DNA of 64,000 nt from Candidatus Latescibacterota bacterium (GCA_965248755.1 OZ252149.1:2368001-2432000), one strand, 5' to 3'; counted from the stretch's first letter, positions 40,698 through 51,124 are shown. The notes: generated by a model not told the origin, from the letters alone. Numbers and translations: made by a program.

Positions 40698-42092
40698 ATG
40701 CTCCGGGCAATTAAGAGCGTCCATTTTGTGGGCATAGGCGGAGCGGGAATGAGTGGGATTGCACAGGTGATCTTGGAGATGGGATGCGCTGTTTCGGGGT
40801 CGGATCTGAAAAGAACAGAAATAACGGATAGGTTGGAATCACAGGGGGCTGCAGTCTTTGAGGGACACAGGGCTTCCAACATAGGAGATGCCGATGTTGT
40901 TGTCTTTTCGTCCGCGGTTCCGCTTTGCAATCCTGAAATAGAGGAGGCGCAAAAAAGGGGAATACCGATCCTGCATAGAGCGGAGATGTTGAATTGGCTG
41001 ATGGAGGGCAAAAAAAGTATAGGGATAGCGGGGACACACGGAAAGACTACTGTGTCGGCCATGATAGCTCTTATACTGTTGGAGGGCGGATTTGATCCGA
41101 CTGTGGTAATTGGAGGACAGATCCAGAATCTCGGAACAAACGCGTGGCTTGGAAGTCGAACACCGAAGCCGTCTGGAGAATGGATGGTGGTCGAGGCAGA
41201 TGAGTTCGACAGATCATTCTTAAAGCTTTATCCGACTTTTTGCGTCTTGACTTCGATAGATTTAGAGCACCTGGACTCTTACCGGGACATAGGCCAGATC
41301 AAATCGGCTTTTTTGGAGTACACCAGTAGGATCTCTAAAGATGGTTGGGTAATCCTTTGCGCAGATGATAAGAATCTATTGGATATTGCATCCCAGATCG
41401 GAAGCAGGATCGTGACGTACGGCATATCAGAAGGTAATGACTTTCGGGCAAAGAATGTCCGAGTGCGTGGATTCGAGGCTGATTTCGGTCTGGAGGTGAG
41501 GGGTGCGGATATGGGAGATATTCATATAGGTCATCCGGGGGTTCACAATGTAAGAAACGCTCTGGGAGCTATAGCTGTAGGTTTTGAGGTGAAGATAGAC
41601 TTCGATACGATAAGAGGATCGCTTGAGGGTTTTCAAGGAGTCAGTCGGCGATTCGAACATAAAGGGCAAATAGCAGGGATAACAGTAGTGGATGACTATG
41701 CTCATCATCCCACAGAGATAAAAGCTGCATTAGGGTGCGCTAAAGACACGGGGGCAGCAAGGGTGGTAGCTGTTTTTCAACCTCACCTCTACAGCAGGAC
41801 TTTGAAGCTGTGCCAGGACTTCGGACCGGCTTTCCAGGATGCCCATATAGCGGTTATAACTGACATATACACGGCAAGAGAGGAGCCGATAGAAGGAGTA
41901 AACGGGGAACTGATAGTTGATTATGCAAGGTCTTCCGGTCATCGTTCGATTATGTACATTGACGATAAGGACGAGATACCATATAGGTTGATGGAGATTG
42001 TAAGGCCGGGGGACCTTGTCATAACCCTGGGTGCAGGAGACATCGGTTCAGTAGCGGAGGGACTGTTGGATTTACTGAGCAATAAGGTATAG
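40698..42092 (+). CDS. murC: UDP-MurNAc--L-alanine ligase MurC
   Basis: GIGGAGMSG, GTHGKTT, EADE, DDYAHHPTE, FQPH. Confidence 0.96.
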   Translation: MLRAIKSVHFVGIGGAGMSGIAQVILEMGCAVSGSDLKRTEITDRLESQGAAVFEGHRASNIGDADVVVFSSAVPLCNPEIEEAQKRGIPILHRAEMLNWLMEGKKSIGIAGTHGKTTVSAMIALILLEGGFDPTVVIGGQIQNLGTNAWLGSRTPKPSGEWMVVEADEFDRSFLKLYPTFCVLTSIDLEHLDSYRDIGQIKSAFLEYTSRISKDGWVILCADDKNLLDIASQIGSRIVTYGISEGNDFRAKNVRVRGFEADFGLEVRGADMGDIHIGHPGVHNVRNALGAIAVGFEVKIDFDTIRGSLEGFQGVSRRFEHKGQIAGITVVDDYAHHPTEIKAALGCAKDTGAARVVAVFQPHLYSRTLKLCQDFGPAFQDAHIAVITDIYTAREEPIEGVNGELIVDYARSSGHRSIMYIDDKDEIPYRLMEIVRPGDLVITLGAGDIGSVAEGLLDLLSNKV

Positions 42093-42115
42093 AAGTCCCG
42101 GAGACTTTTAGGTTT

Positions 42116-42973
42116 ATGAATCTTGGTCAAAGGATATATACAAAGAAACAGACGATGGCGCGTCGGGATAAGAAGGGATACAAGATCCCGAAGCCGGGGA
42201 TAGGCAGGAAGGACTCTGCTATATATAGTGTGCGGCGGCATGCCCGTAGGAAGCTCATTTTGATTCTCTTTGCGGCTTTTATTGGCATAAGCGGGATTTT
42301 GAAGCTGAAATCTTATGTGTTGAAATCGTCCTTTTTCAAGGTGGACACGATCAAAGTCGAGAGAAATCGGCTTTTGACAGATTATGAAGTTATCATGTGT
42401 GCAGGGATAGAGGAGGGGAAAGATATCTTCGATATTGATCTTGAGGAAGCTGCGGCCAAAGTAGAGAGTCATTCGATGGTAAAAAGGGCGGGGGTATCTG
42501 TTAAGCTTCCCAGCACTGTCGTAATATCGTTGGAAGAGCGGGAGACGATAGCGTTTTTGGATTTGGACGGGCTCTATCCGGTGGATGCAGAAGGAGTGCT
42601 ACTTCCAGAGATGGACATTTTAGATCTCCCTGATATCCCAATACTTACAGGGATAAAAGACAAGAACTACATGGTTAGTGAACGGCTTTCCTCTGCAAAG
42701 CTTGTGCAGGGCATAAAGTTTGTTGAGGAGCTCAAAAGGGCAGACCCGCTGATGCTGAGTCAGATTTCAAAGATAAGGGTGGAAAGCCCCCAGAGAGTTG
42801 TGTTTTACCTTGTGGGAGACGAGATTGAGGTGAGGGGAAAATGGGATGATGTGGAAAGTCAAGCGAAGAGTTTAAGGGCTCTGCTTGAATATCTACAGAT
42901 TGACTATTTAGAGAGACCTGTCTATGTAGATTTGACATTTAAAGGACGGATTGTCGCAGGATGGAGATCATAG
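42116..42973 (+). CDS. ftsQ: Cell division protein FtsQ/DivIB
   Basis: Basic N-terminus, TM, POTRA-like region, YVDLTF; precedes ftsA. Confidence 0.85.
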   Translation: MNLGQRIYTKKQTMARRDKKGYKIPKPGIGRKDSAIYSVRRHARRKLILILFAAFIGISGILKLKSYVLKSSFFKVDTIKVERNRLLTDYEVIMCAGIEEGKDIFDIDLEEAAAKVESHSMVKRAGVSVKLPSTVVISLEERETIAFLDLDGLYPVDAEGVLLPEMDILDLPDIPILTGIKDKNYMVSERLSSAKLVQGIKFVEELKRADPLMLSQISKIRVESPQRVVFYLVGDEIEVRGKWDDVESQAKSLRALLEYLQIDYLERPVYVDLTFKGRIVAGWRS

Positions 42974-42997
42974 TTCTAAAGGAGAGGGGGAAGAAGA

Positions 42998-44239
42998 ATG
43001 GCGAAGGGTGAGATGATCGTCGGCCTTGACATAGGCACGACGAAGATATGTGGCATAATAGCCGAGGTGGATCAGGGAGGCGATCTGAAAATAATCGGGG
43101 TGGGGAATAGCTCCTCGGATGGCTTGAGGCGCGGCGTAGTAGTAAACGTGGACAAGACGGTTCATTCGATTGAAAAGGCAGTAAGGGAAGCTGAATTGAT
43201 GGCTGGGGTGAAGGTGTCTTCTGCTTATGTGGGGATAGCGGGAGATCACATTCGCAGTTTTAACAGCAGGGGTGTGGTGGCTGTGACTGGGAACGACAAT
43301 GAGATAACACAGACAGACGTGAACCGGGTGATAGATCATGCCAAGGCTATAGCGATACCGATAGACAGGGAGATCATACACGTTGTTCCTCAGGAGTTCA
43401 TAGTAGATGATCAGTCAGGGGTGAAAGATCCTGTGGGGATATCGGGTATAAGGCTCGAGGCGGAAGTGCACATTGTGACAGGTGCTGTGGCTTCAGCGCA
43501 GAATATCGTTAAGAGCGTAAGGAGGGCGGGGATGGAGGTTATGGACGTGGTATTAGAGCCCTTAGCTTCGAGCTGTGCAGTACTGTCCGAAGATGAGAAA
43601 GAGATCGGCGTTGGGGTTTTGGACGTGGGAGGAGGTACTACGGATATAGCCATATTTTTTGAAGGGGGCATAAGGCATACCAGCGTCATTGGCTTGGGTG
43701 GACAGAACGTTACGAACGACATAGCTATAGGCTTGAGAACCGCCTGGGGCCAGGCAGAGGAGATAAAGCTGGAATATGGATGCGCTTCTTTGGACGAGGT
43801 GGAAAACGGTGAGACTATAAACGTACCTGGCATCGGAGGTCGTCCGCCGCACGAGGTACCCGGGGTGGAATTAGTGTCTATAATTGAACCGAGGATGCAG
43901 GAGATATTCACTCTTGCTCTGGAAGACATAAAGAAGAATTGGAATTACACGAATGTTCTGGCTTCAGGGATCGTGCTTACGGGCGGAGGTTCTATGCTCA
44001 AGGGTTCTTTAGAGCTTGCAAGCAAGGTGTTCGATATGCCGACAAGGCAGGGAGTTCCCCAAAGGATAACCGGGTTGGTGGATGAGGTTAAGAGTCCTAT
44101 GTACTCGACCGGGGTCGGACTTGTGTTGTACGGGTTTGAGAACTTAGGGACAGAGGGAGCAATGGTGGGCGTCAGGGGAGATGGACTATTTGATGCGATA
44201 TTTGTTAGGATGAAAGAATGGTTGAAAGAGTTTTTCTAA
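42998..44239 (+). CDS. ftsA: Cell division protein FtsA
   Basis: GLDIGTTK, DVGGGTTD, VLTGGGS, C-terminal amphipathic helix MKEWLKEFF. Confidence 0.97.
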   Translation: MAKGEMIVGLDIGTTKICGIIAEVDQGGDLKIIGVGNSSSDGLRRGVVVNVDKTVHSIEKAVREAELMAGVKVSSAYVGIAGDHIRSFNSRGVVAVTGNDNEITQTDVNRVIDHAKAIAIPIDREIIHVVPQEFIVDDQSGVKDPVGISGIRLEAEVHIVTGAVASAQNIVKSVRRAGMEVMDVVLEPLASSCAVLSEDEKEIGVGVLDVGGGTTDIAIFFEGGIRHTSVIGLGGQNVTNDIAIGLRTAWGQAEEIKLEYGCASLDEVENGETINVPGIGGRPPHEVPGVELVSIIEPRMQEIFTLALEDIKKNWNYTNVLASGIVLTGGGSMLKGSLELASKVFDMPTRQGVPQRITGLVDEVKSPMYSTGVGLVLYGFENLGTEGAMVGVRGDGLFDAIFVRMKEWLKEFF

Positions 44240-44455
44240 GTTTTCAGTAAGGTTAATAGTCAAGGGGAATCTAACTTCAGAAAGGGGGAAGGCGCATTCC
44301 TCTCCCGCATAAATGAAGTAGATAGCATCTCGCGATTGAACTCCCAACTGAATCTGTTGGGGGTCGGGCGTAGACAGGACACCTCCTCCACTACCTGTGC
44401 TGTCTACTATACACTGTCTACTTATTTAATGTGGGAGTCGCCTGCGCTAAATTCT

Positions 44456-45622
44456 ATGAATTTTGTAATCGCAGATAGCGGCGTGCGGGCTAAGATGAAA
44501 GTGGTGGGGGTGGGGGGAGCGGGCGGAAACGCTGTAAATAGGATGGTAACAGCCGGGCTTAAAGGAGTTGAGTTTATAGCTATCAACACAGATCATCAGG
44601 TCTTGGAGCCGTCCCTGGCAGACAAGAAGGTGCAGATCGGGAACAATGTGACAAGGGGGCTAGGGGTGGGAGCAAAGCCGGACGTGGGGAGACAGGCAAT
44701 AGAGGAAGACAGGGATCAGGTAGCCGATGGGCTTGCCGACGCGGACCTGGTCTTTGTGACAGCTGGGATGGGGGGTGGAACAGGGACAGGGGCGTCTCCT
44801 GTGGTGGCCGAGATAGCCAGGCATTTAGGGGCTTTAACGATTGGGATTGTGACATTGCCGTTTGTGTGCGAGGGAAAGACGAGGATGAAATACGCTCATG
44901 ATGGGATCGCCAATTTAAAGGAAAAGGTGGATACTCTGATAGCTATACCCAATGAGAAGCTCCTGTCTATAACGGCTAAGGATACGCCTCTTCAGGAAGC
45001 CTTCAGGATGGCGGATGACGTGTTGCTTCAGGCTACCAAGGGAATTTCGGATCTAATCGCTTATTCAGGGATCATCAACCTGGATTTTTCGGATGTGAAG
45101 ACGGTTATGTCTGAAGGAGGGGATGCTTTGATGGGGACAGGGTGCGCGGGTGGAGAAACAAGGGCTGAAGAAGCAGCGGAAAGGGCTATAAAGAACCCGC
45201 TTTTGGAAGATGTTTCGATTGAGGGGGCAAAGGCTGTCCTTGTTAATATTTCGGGCAGCAGCAATTTAACTTTGCACGAGACTACCGCCGCTACAATGGT
45301 AATTAACGAGGCTGTCGGGGATGACGCTGAGATCATCCTAGGGGCGGTAATAGATGAGGCCCTTGGGGATGAGGTAAGAGTCACGGTCATCGCCACGGGA
45401 TTCAACAAGACAGAAAACAAGGATAGGTCGGCAGAAGTACAGATAGGTGACCTCCCGCATCAAAGATCTCGTTCTATGGAACTTCCGACTTATATAAGAA
45501 AGAGCCGGCAGGCCTCGGAATTAGAACAGGAAAATGAGAAGGTGGTAGAGGAAGAAGCAGCAAACGACTTGGATTTGGATAAATTAGATTACCCCACATT
45601 TATGAGAAAAAAAATGGTATAG
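44456..45622 (+). CDS. ftsZ: Cell division protein FtsZ
   Basis: [29 protein letters not shown]-terminal LDYPTFMRK; start assigned to ATG 44456. Confidence 0.97.
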   Translation: MNFVIADSGVRAKMKVVGVGGAGGNAVNRMVTAGLKGVEFIAINTDHQVLEPSLADKKVQIGNNVTRGLGVGAKPDVGRQAIEEDRDQVADGLADADLVFVTAGMGGGTGTGASPVVAEIARHLGALTIGIVTLPFVCEGKTRMKYAHDGIANLKEKVDTLIAIPNEKLLSITAKDTPLQEAFRMADDVLLQATKGISDLIAYSGIINLDFSDVKTVMSEGGDALMGTGCAGGETRAEEAAERAIKNPLLEDVSIEGAKAVLVNISGSSNLTLHETTAATMVINEAVGDDAEIILGAVIDEALGDEVRVTVIATGFNKTENKDRSAEVQIGDLPHQRSRSMELPTYIRKSRQASELEQENEKVVEEEAANDLDLDKLDYPTFMRKKMV

Positions 45623-45673
45623 ACATAAAGTCATATAACAGCAGACATCGGCGGCGGCGCCCTGCCTACTTGT

Positions 45674-47791
45674 CTATAGATCCCTGCTCGTGACTCTTGA
45701 CAGTGCAATTTCCATGACCATAAAGAGCAGGGCGGCGATAAGAAACTCTCTCCAAAGTTCCCTGCCGTATCTAAATTGCACAACAGCGTCCACTATGGAC
45801 TCGTCAGGACGTATGATCCTAAACTGTAGTCCCTCGAAGATACGGTTCAACTTTGCGTCGTCTATCCTTCTGGGGTTCGATTCAGATGCGACGACGTTTA
45901 CAGCAAATCTTTCGAGCTCTTTGCCTTCTGAGCGGATGCGCCATATCCCGGGATATTCCACGTTTCCGACCTTCCACGTACTTCCGAGTCGCTCGCCGAT
46001 TCCGTCTTTTTTTTGAGGCCAAATTATTGATCTTTCACCGACAGGGTTTTCGGCAATGACCTGATCTTTGCTATCTATGTGGGGGATCTCTCTTTTCACA
46101 TCCTCTCCGACCAAATGCTGGCTCTTTTCGGCCGATGGAGCCGAAAGGTACTGGATAATTCTGCTGAACAGAGGGAGGAATATACCTCTCAGGGGCAAGT
46201 CCGCCCACTTTAAGTCCAGCGAACTGGTGTAGAGGATGACTTTGGCTCTTTTATCTCCTATGTCGCAGATAGCCGGAAGGCCGTTTTTGTAGCGGGCGAC
46301 GGTTCGGACTTGGGGAGATGAAAGGGTGCTGTATAGTACATAGAATTTAGGAGAAATAATGGAGTTTTCTTCTGTAATATTTCTAAAGAGCGGGTGATCC
46401 ACGTCTATTTCCCCGAGCGAGTAGTAGGATGCCCCACCTCCGGCGATTCCGATGGGGGATTTGAGTCTTATGTCTGATAAGTTTGTAAGGAGTTTCTCGT
46501 TGTAGAATCTGGGGTTTACCTTGTCACCAAGTGAGATCAAAAGTCCCTTTCCGCTTTTGAGGTGTGAACGCAGAAGGCCAAGTTGATAAGAGGGCAGCTG
46601 AGGGACGTTGGAGAGGACTATTACGTCGCTTTCCTGTATAGTTTTATCGGACAGGCGATCATAAGTGATCTGGGACATTCTTATCGAGCCGTTCTTCTGG
46701 ATGGAAGAGAACGCTTTACCGATAAAATAGGTATCCTGCTGATCTCCTCCTACCAGAAGGACATCTATTTTCTTGGGAACGGCGATAACGAAAAAGCGTC
46801 TGTTGTCGCTGGATAGAGCGTCGTCTCCTATCTGCACGTATCCCTCTATCTGGCCGCCGTTTTGAGGCACAAATCTGAGAAAGACAACCCCCGACTTTCC
46901 ACTCTCAAGGTCTATCAAGGCCTGGTCCCTGCGTTTTCCGTCTATATACAGATGAACCGGAAAAGCAGAGATAGGCTTTTCCCCGTAGTTAGTAATCTGG
47001 GCCTTAATAGTAATCGGTTTTCCGACGGATAGTAGCTCATGCTCCGGTTCAATTCTATCTATACTTACGTTATCGCAGTGCAGATCAGGTGTTGGAACGA
47101 TGTAAAAGGAGATGCCTGCAAAGTCAGTGTGTAAGGACTCTGTTGAAAGTGCCACCGTTCCCGATATTATCTCCGACCATGCGTTTTGTGCCAGATCGGT
47201 GAAGATGTAGACTTCTTTGTTGACATCAGTGGATCGTTTAAGGATCTTTTTGGCTTCCTTCAAAGCAGCAGTTATGTCTGTGGAACGATAAGTTATCTGT
47301 GATTCAGTAAGGGCGTCCTTAAGGGCGGCTATATCTTCCGTAAGGTCCAATTGGTTGGGGCCTATTCGGTCGGAGAACGTCAAAAAGGCGATGCGGCTTT
47401 CTGTATCAAGCATATTCAAAAGTTCGAGGGCTTTCGTCTTTGAAAAATCAAATGCGCTCTCTCCTGCTGTCCTTTTTCCCATACTGTAGGAGTTATCGAG
47501 GAAAATGACAGCAGAGACAGAAGATGCTGAGGTGGGATTTGCCTCTTTGAGCGTGGGACGGGAGAAAGCCAGGACAATCAGCGCTATTATGAGGGTCCGG
47601 AGGATAAGTAGAAGGATGCGTCTTATCTTAAACTTTCGTATCCTGTCCTTTTGTAGTTTCCTCAAGAATTGCACGTTGCTGAATCTGACTGTCTGGGGTC
47701 TTCGGCGGTTGAAAAGGTGAATGAGGATAGGGATCGAAGCGGCAAGAAGACCTGCAAGGAATGTGCTATTGAGAAATGAGATATTAAACAT
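45674..47791 (-). CDS. BatA-type N-terminal TM / vWA / Ig-like membrane protein
   Basis: FLN..PILIHLFNRRR..FSN, LAFSRP, LDNSYSM (MIDAS-like), FTDL, DNRR, C-terminal TM. Confidence 0.8.
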   Translation of the reverse strand: MFNISFLNSTFLAGLLAASIPILIHLFNRRRPQTVRFSNVQFLRKLQKDRIRKFKIRRILLLILRTLIIALIVLAFSRPTLKEANPTSASSVSAVIFLDNSYSMGKRTAGESAFDFSKTKALELLNMLDTESRIAFLTFSDRIGPNQLDLTEDIAALKDALTESQITYRSTDITAALKEAKKILKRSTDVNKEVYIFTDLAQNAWSEIISGTVALSTESLHTDFAGISFYIVPTPDLHCDNVSIDRIEPEHELLSVGKPITIKAQITNYGEKPISAFPVHLYIDGKRRDQALIDLESGKSGVVFLRFVPQNGGQIEGYVQIGDDALSSDNRRFFVIAVPKKIDVLLVGGDQQDTYFIGKAFSSIQKNGSIRMSQITYDRLSDKTIQESDVIVLSNVPQLPSYQLGLLRSHLKSGKGLLISLGDKVNPRFYNEKLLTNLSDIRLKSPIGIAGGGASYYSLGEIDVDHPLFRNITEENSIISPKFYVLYSTLSSPQVRTVARYKNGLPAICDIGDKRAKVILYTSSLDLKWADLPLRGIFLPLFSRIIQYLSAPSAEKSQHLVGEDVKREIPHIDSKDQVIAENPVGERSIIWPQKKDGIGERLGSTWKVGNVEYPGIWRIRSEGKELERFAVNVVASESNPRRIDDAKLNRIFEGLQFRIIRPDESIVDAVVQFRYGRELWREFLIAALLFMVMEIALSRVTSRDL

Positions 47792-47820
47792 ACTAAATTA
47801 CCCTTTGGAAGAACCTGTTG

Positions 47821-48744
47821 CTATGCTGGAATTCTAACTTTAAGCGCTTTAGGGATTATCCTTAAGCTCAGTTCCTCAGGGCCGTCTTGGGGCTCTCCAT
47901 CGATATGGAAGGGCCCCGGCTTTTTGCGTATGATCGTAAGTTTCTCTGATTGGTGCGTATGATAATGGGGCATCTTTTTTATTTCTCCTGAAAAGAGTTT
48001 GTGCCAGTGGAGAAGAGCGGCGGCGGGGCTGATCTTACCGAGGATGCATATATCCAAGAGTCCGTCAAAAGGGGAGGCATCGGGAGCTATTATCGCGCCG
48101 CCGCCATATTGGCAGGTATTGGCTGCGGTCACAATGAGGGGGCTGGTGGACATACTCTTTTTGCCCATCTGCAGCGTTATCTCTTCAGGTTCGAAAGAGA
48201 AGGTATTTTTTACGGTCAGATAGATATAAGGGAGCATGCCGCGCCATTTTTTGAACTCACGATTGTACTCCCAGCTTATAAGGGCGTCGAGTCCGACTCC
48301 GGCTGTGGCAAAGAAATATCTGGACGTTGCACACGGCGTGAACGTTCCACCTTCCACCTGTCCTACGTCTATTTTTTCATCTCGGCCTTCTATAATTGTT
48401 TGACAGGCAATCTTCAGATTTAGAGGAATCTTCATGCTCCGGGCAAAGCCGTTGCCAGAACCCATGGGTATCACACCCAAAGGTATATCGGTATTTACAA
48501 GTGCCGATGCGACTTCGTTGACTGTGCCGTCGCCTCCGACTGCCACGACGACGTCGCTTCCGTCAGATAGAGCCTCGGCGGACAACTGGGTTCCTCCTCC
48601 CTTCGTCTTTATCGTTTTTAAATCGCAGTCGATCCCCGAGTCAGTCTGTGAGGACTTTGAGAGGAATTGTTCTATCGAGGACAGCCCGCGATTGCGCCGT
48701 TTTCGGCTCCCGGCTGTTGGATTTATGATGAATGTGACTTTCAA
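47821..48744 (-). CDS. Diacylglycerol/lipid kinase family protein (YegS/DgkB-like)
   Basis: IINPTAG, GGDGTVNE, PMGSGNGFAR, YGGG, HIDGEP. Confidence 0.92.
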   Translation of the reverse strand: MKVTFIINPTAGSRKRRNRGLSSIEQFLSKSSQTDSGIDCDLKTIKTKGGGTQLSAEALSDGSDVVVAVGGDGTVNEVASALVNTDIPLGVIPMGSGNGFARSMKIPLNLKIACQTIIEGRDEKIDVGQVEGGTFTPCATSRYFFATAGVGLDALISWEYNREFKKWRGMLPYIYLTVKNTFSFEPEEITLQMGKKSMSTSPLIVTAANTCQYGGGAIIAPDASPFDGLLDICILGKISPAAALLHWHKLFSGEIKKMPHYHTHQSEKLTIIRKKPGPFHIDGEPQDGPEELSLRIIPKALKVRIPA

Positions 48745-48773
48745 TCGAGTCTGCTTTCAAAATCCTTTCAAGA
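48664..48773. repeat. 110-bp direct repeat, copy 1
   Basis: Matches 52783-52892 with 12 mismatches by manual alignment. Confidence 0.9.
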
Positions 48774-48798
48774 GATGAAGAGGCATCATCCAGCGGCA

Positions 48799-49446
48799 TC
48801 ATCCTATGTCCAAAATATCCCATACTTTGGCTTCTGCATATCGTCTTAGCCTCTTATCGGGATTTAATGCTACCGGGTGTCCCACCTTTTCCATGGCAAA
48901 TCGGTCGGAGAAGTGATTGGCATAAAAGAATGAATGCTTAAGGTCAAAATTGTGCTTTTTTTGCAATTGGTCAAGAATTGTCACTTTTTGCAGACCATAA
49001 GGATGCAGACCGCTGATGTTCCCGGTGAGTATTCCGCCTTCCACCTTCAGATCAGTTCCCCGGTAATCATCGAATAAGAGTGTCTCTGCAAAAACCTCCA
49101 GAATGCAGGAAAGAGTTCCAGAAAGAAGAATCATCGTAGTATCATTTTGTCGATGAGATGTGATAATATCACGCATGGCTTGTGGTATGAGTATATTTAT
49201 TCTTTGAGAAAAATAGTGTTGGATAATCTTCTTTAGGTGTGCATCGGTTAAACCAGTGAGATAATATTTATTCATATATACCATTTGTTCCCACGAGCCG
49301 ATATGAAATAGAAGAGATCGTAATGCCCTTCCCAAATTGACGAACCCTATCTCTTTCCTTTTAAGAAGATAGCGGAGTAAAAGCCGTTCGGCACTTGTGT
49401 TCGGTATGAGTGTGCCGTCCAGATCAAACAGCGCGGCTGGTATCAT
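48799..49446 (-). CDS. HAD-superfamily IB hydrolase (SerB-like)
   Basis: FDLDGTL, LSG, K, ANHFSD, NPD. Confidence 0.88.
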   Translation of the reverse strand: MIPAALFDLDGTLIPNTSAERLLLRYLLKRKEIGFVNLGRALRSLLFHIGSWEQMVYMNKYYLTGLTDAHLKKIIQHYFSQRINILIPQAMRDIITSHRQNDTTMILLSGTLSCILEVFAETLLFDDYRGTDLKVEGGILTGNISGLHPYGLQKVTILDQLQKKHNFDLKHSFFYANHFSDRFAMEKVGHPVALNPDKRLRRYAEAKVWDILDIG

Positions 49447-49455
49447 CGGTGCCGC

Positions 49456-50106
49456 CTAATCGGTTATATCCTTTGGATACATTTTTGAAAAGAGAATTTC
49501 TTTCCCATCCCATAAAACCGGGAGTCCCCTCAAAATACACATGAGCACAGTCAGGTAGGCGATAATCTGACTTATCAGCCCTAAAATAGTGGTCGTGTTG
49601 TCACTAATCGACCAGCTGTACGTGGATATGGCTTTAGCAAAAAATATCAGAAAACCGAGATAGACAAACAGAACCGCCTTCATTACGCCGTAAAGTCCCC
49701 TGCTGAATCGGGATGCGACAAGAAAACGTGTTATCGATGTTTTCATCATGGTCTTTTCACCAAAGGGTGTTTTGCCCTCTTTGAATGCCGCTGTTCTGAC
49801 GTTGTCGGAGAGCAATCCCCGCGTCACAATAACCATCGGTATCCAAAAGGAGATAAGTCCGATAACTGCAAAGTAGATCCACAGAACCGCTTCAACAATT
49901 CTGTCTCCAACAATATCAAAGAGTGCGCCGCAATCGGACGCTACCTTGAATTTTCGTGCCACGTAGCCATCAAAGGCATCCAGATAGAGGACAAGAACCA
50001 CAAGGATGGTTGATATTGCATTCCCATAAACCCACCCGATTTCAAACAAACCAACTGCTAAGAAAACAAGGCATATCCGGAACAATGTAATAATATTAGC
50101 TTCCAT
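49456..50106 (-). CDS. CDP-alcohol phosphatidyltransferase (PgsA-like)
   Basis: ANIITLFR, LDAFDGYVARK..GALFDIVGDR. Confidence 0.88.
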   Translation of the reverse strand: MEANIITLFRICLVFLAVGLFEIGWVYGNAISTILVVLVLYLDAFDGYVARKFKVASDCGALFDIVGDRIVEAVLWIYFAVIGLISFWIPMVIVTRGLLSDNVRTAAFKEGKTPFGEKTMMKTSITRFLVASRFSRGLYGVMKAVLFVYLGFLIFFAKAISTYSWSISDNTTTILGLISQIIAYLTVLMCILRGLPVLWDGKEILFSKMYPKDITD

Positions 50107-51124
50107 TATGGTATATGGGTAGAGTAATGGTGAATGTCGTCCCCACTCCGACTTGACTTTCCACTTTTATGTCTCCGCCGTGGTTATGGACGATATTGTA
50201 GCTCGTTGACAATCCTAAGCTCATCCCCACCCTGGAGCTCTTCGTAGAGAAGTTGGGATCAAAGATGCTCTCCAACCTTTCAGACGGAATCCCCCTCCCT
50301 GTGTCGGAGATCTTAACGTAGACGTTCGCATCGTCTGATGAAGTCTCTATCTTGATCGTACCTTTGTCTTCTATGGCCTGAGAGGCGTTTATTAACAGAT
50401 TCATAAATACCTGATTCAGCTGGCCGGGATAACAGTAGATCTCAGGAATCTGTCCGCACTCTGTGATCACGGTGACTCTGTCTCTTATTTGGTGATCGAT
50501 CAGTGTAAGCGTACTCTTAAGACCTTCGTGTATGTCGACCTTTTGGAACTCCGCTTCGTCCAAGCGGGAGAAGTTCTTGAGGCTGTTGACGATTTTAACT
50601 ATCCTATCGGTAGCGGTCGCAGCGACCTGGTTATTGTTTTTAAGCGTTTTTATCAACTGGTGAAATTGCTCGTTATTTTTGAGTTCATCCAACGATTCGC
50701 TCTTTTCCACAGCTTCGATTATCCTTTTGATACAGCGGATGGAGACATCGGAGGAACTGTTGGCCGCGCCTACCGGGTTGTTCATCTCGTGTGCAACACC
50801 GGCCGCCAGTTTTCCTAAAGAGGCCATCTTTTCCGCCTGGATCAGTTGCGTTTGCACTGCTCTATACTGCCGCCAGAACTGCTCGGCGAGTGCCATCGTG
50901 AAGCCCACACCAACCAGAACCACCGCTGCGGGAATCAGGTAGGCACGAACCCACGTCTCTTCCCGAAGCAGATAGCTCAGGGACAAGTATACCCCCAGAA
51001 CAGCTGCACCGTAGATCCATGCAATAGCCATTGTCCACTGGAACCGATGCAGGGCCATCCGCGCGCTTAGGTACACGAGGATGATGACAGATAAAAGCTG
51101 GATCAGAAACGGAGGTTTCAGCAC
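50096..51124 (-). CDS. Membrane sensor histidine kinase (orphan, possibly N-terminally truncated)
   Basis: Three TMs, AGVAHEMNNP, NLLINA, DTGRGI, GLSTSY, GVGTTF. Confidence 0.85.
   Translation of the reverse strand: MLKPPFLIQLLSVIILVYLSARMALHRFQWTMAIAWIYGAAVLGVYLSLSYLLREETWVRAYLIPAAVVLVGVGFTMALAEQFWRQYRAVQTQLIQAEKMASLGKLAAGVAHEMNNPVGAANSSSDVSIRCIKRIIEAVEKSESLDELKNNEQFHQLIKTLKNNNQVAATATDRIVKIVNSLKNFSRLDEAEFQKVDIHEGLKSTLTLIDHQIRDRVTVITECGQIPEIYCYPGQLNQVFMNLLINASQAIEDKGTIKIETSSDDANVYVKISDTGRGIPSERLESIFDPNFSTKSSRVGMSLGLSTSYNIVHNHGGDIKVESQVGVGTTFTITLPIYHNGS

Noticed and set aside
44336..44455. 40-aa N-terminal extension of FtsZ
   Set aside because: It overlaps the hairpin-rich leader; ATG 44456 gives a typical FtsZ N-terminus
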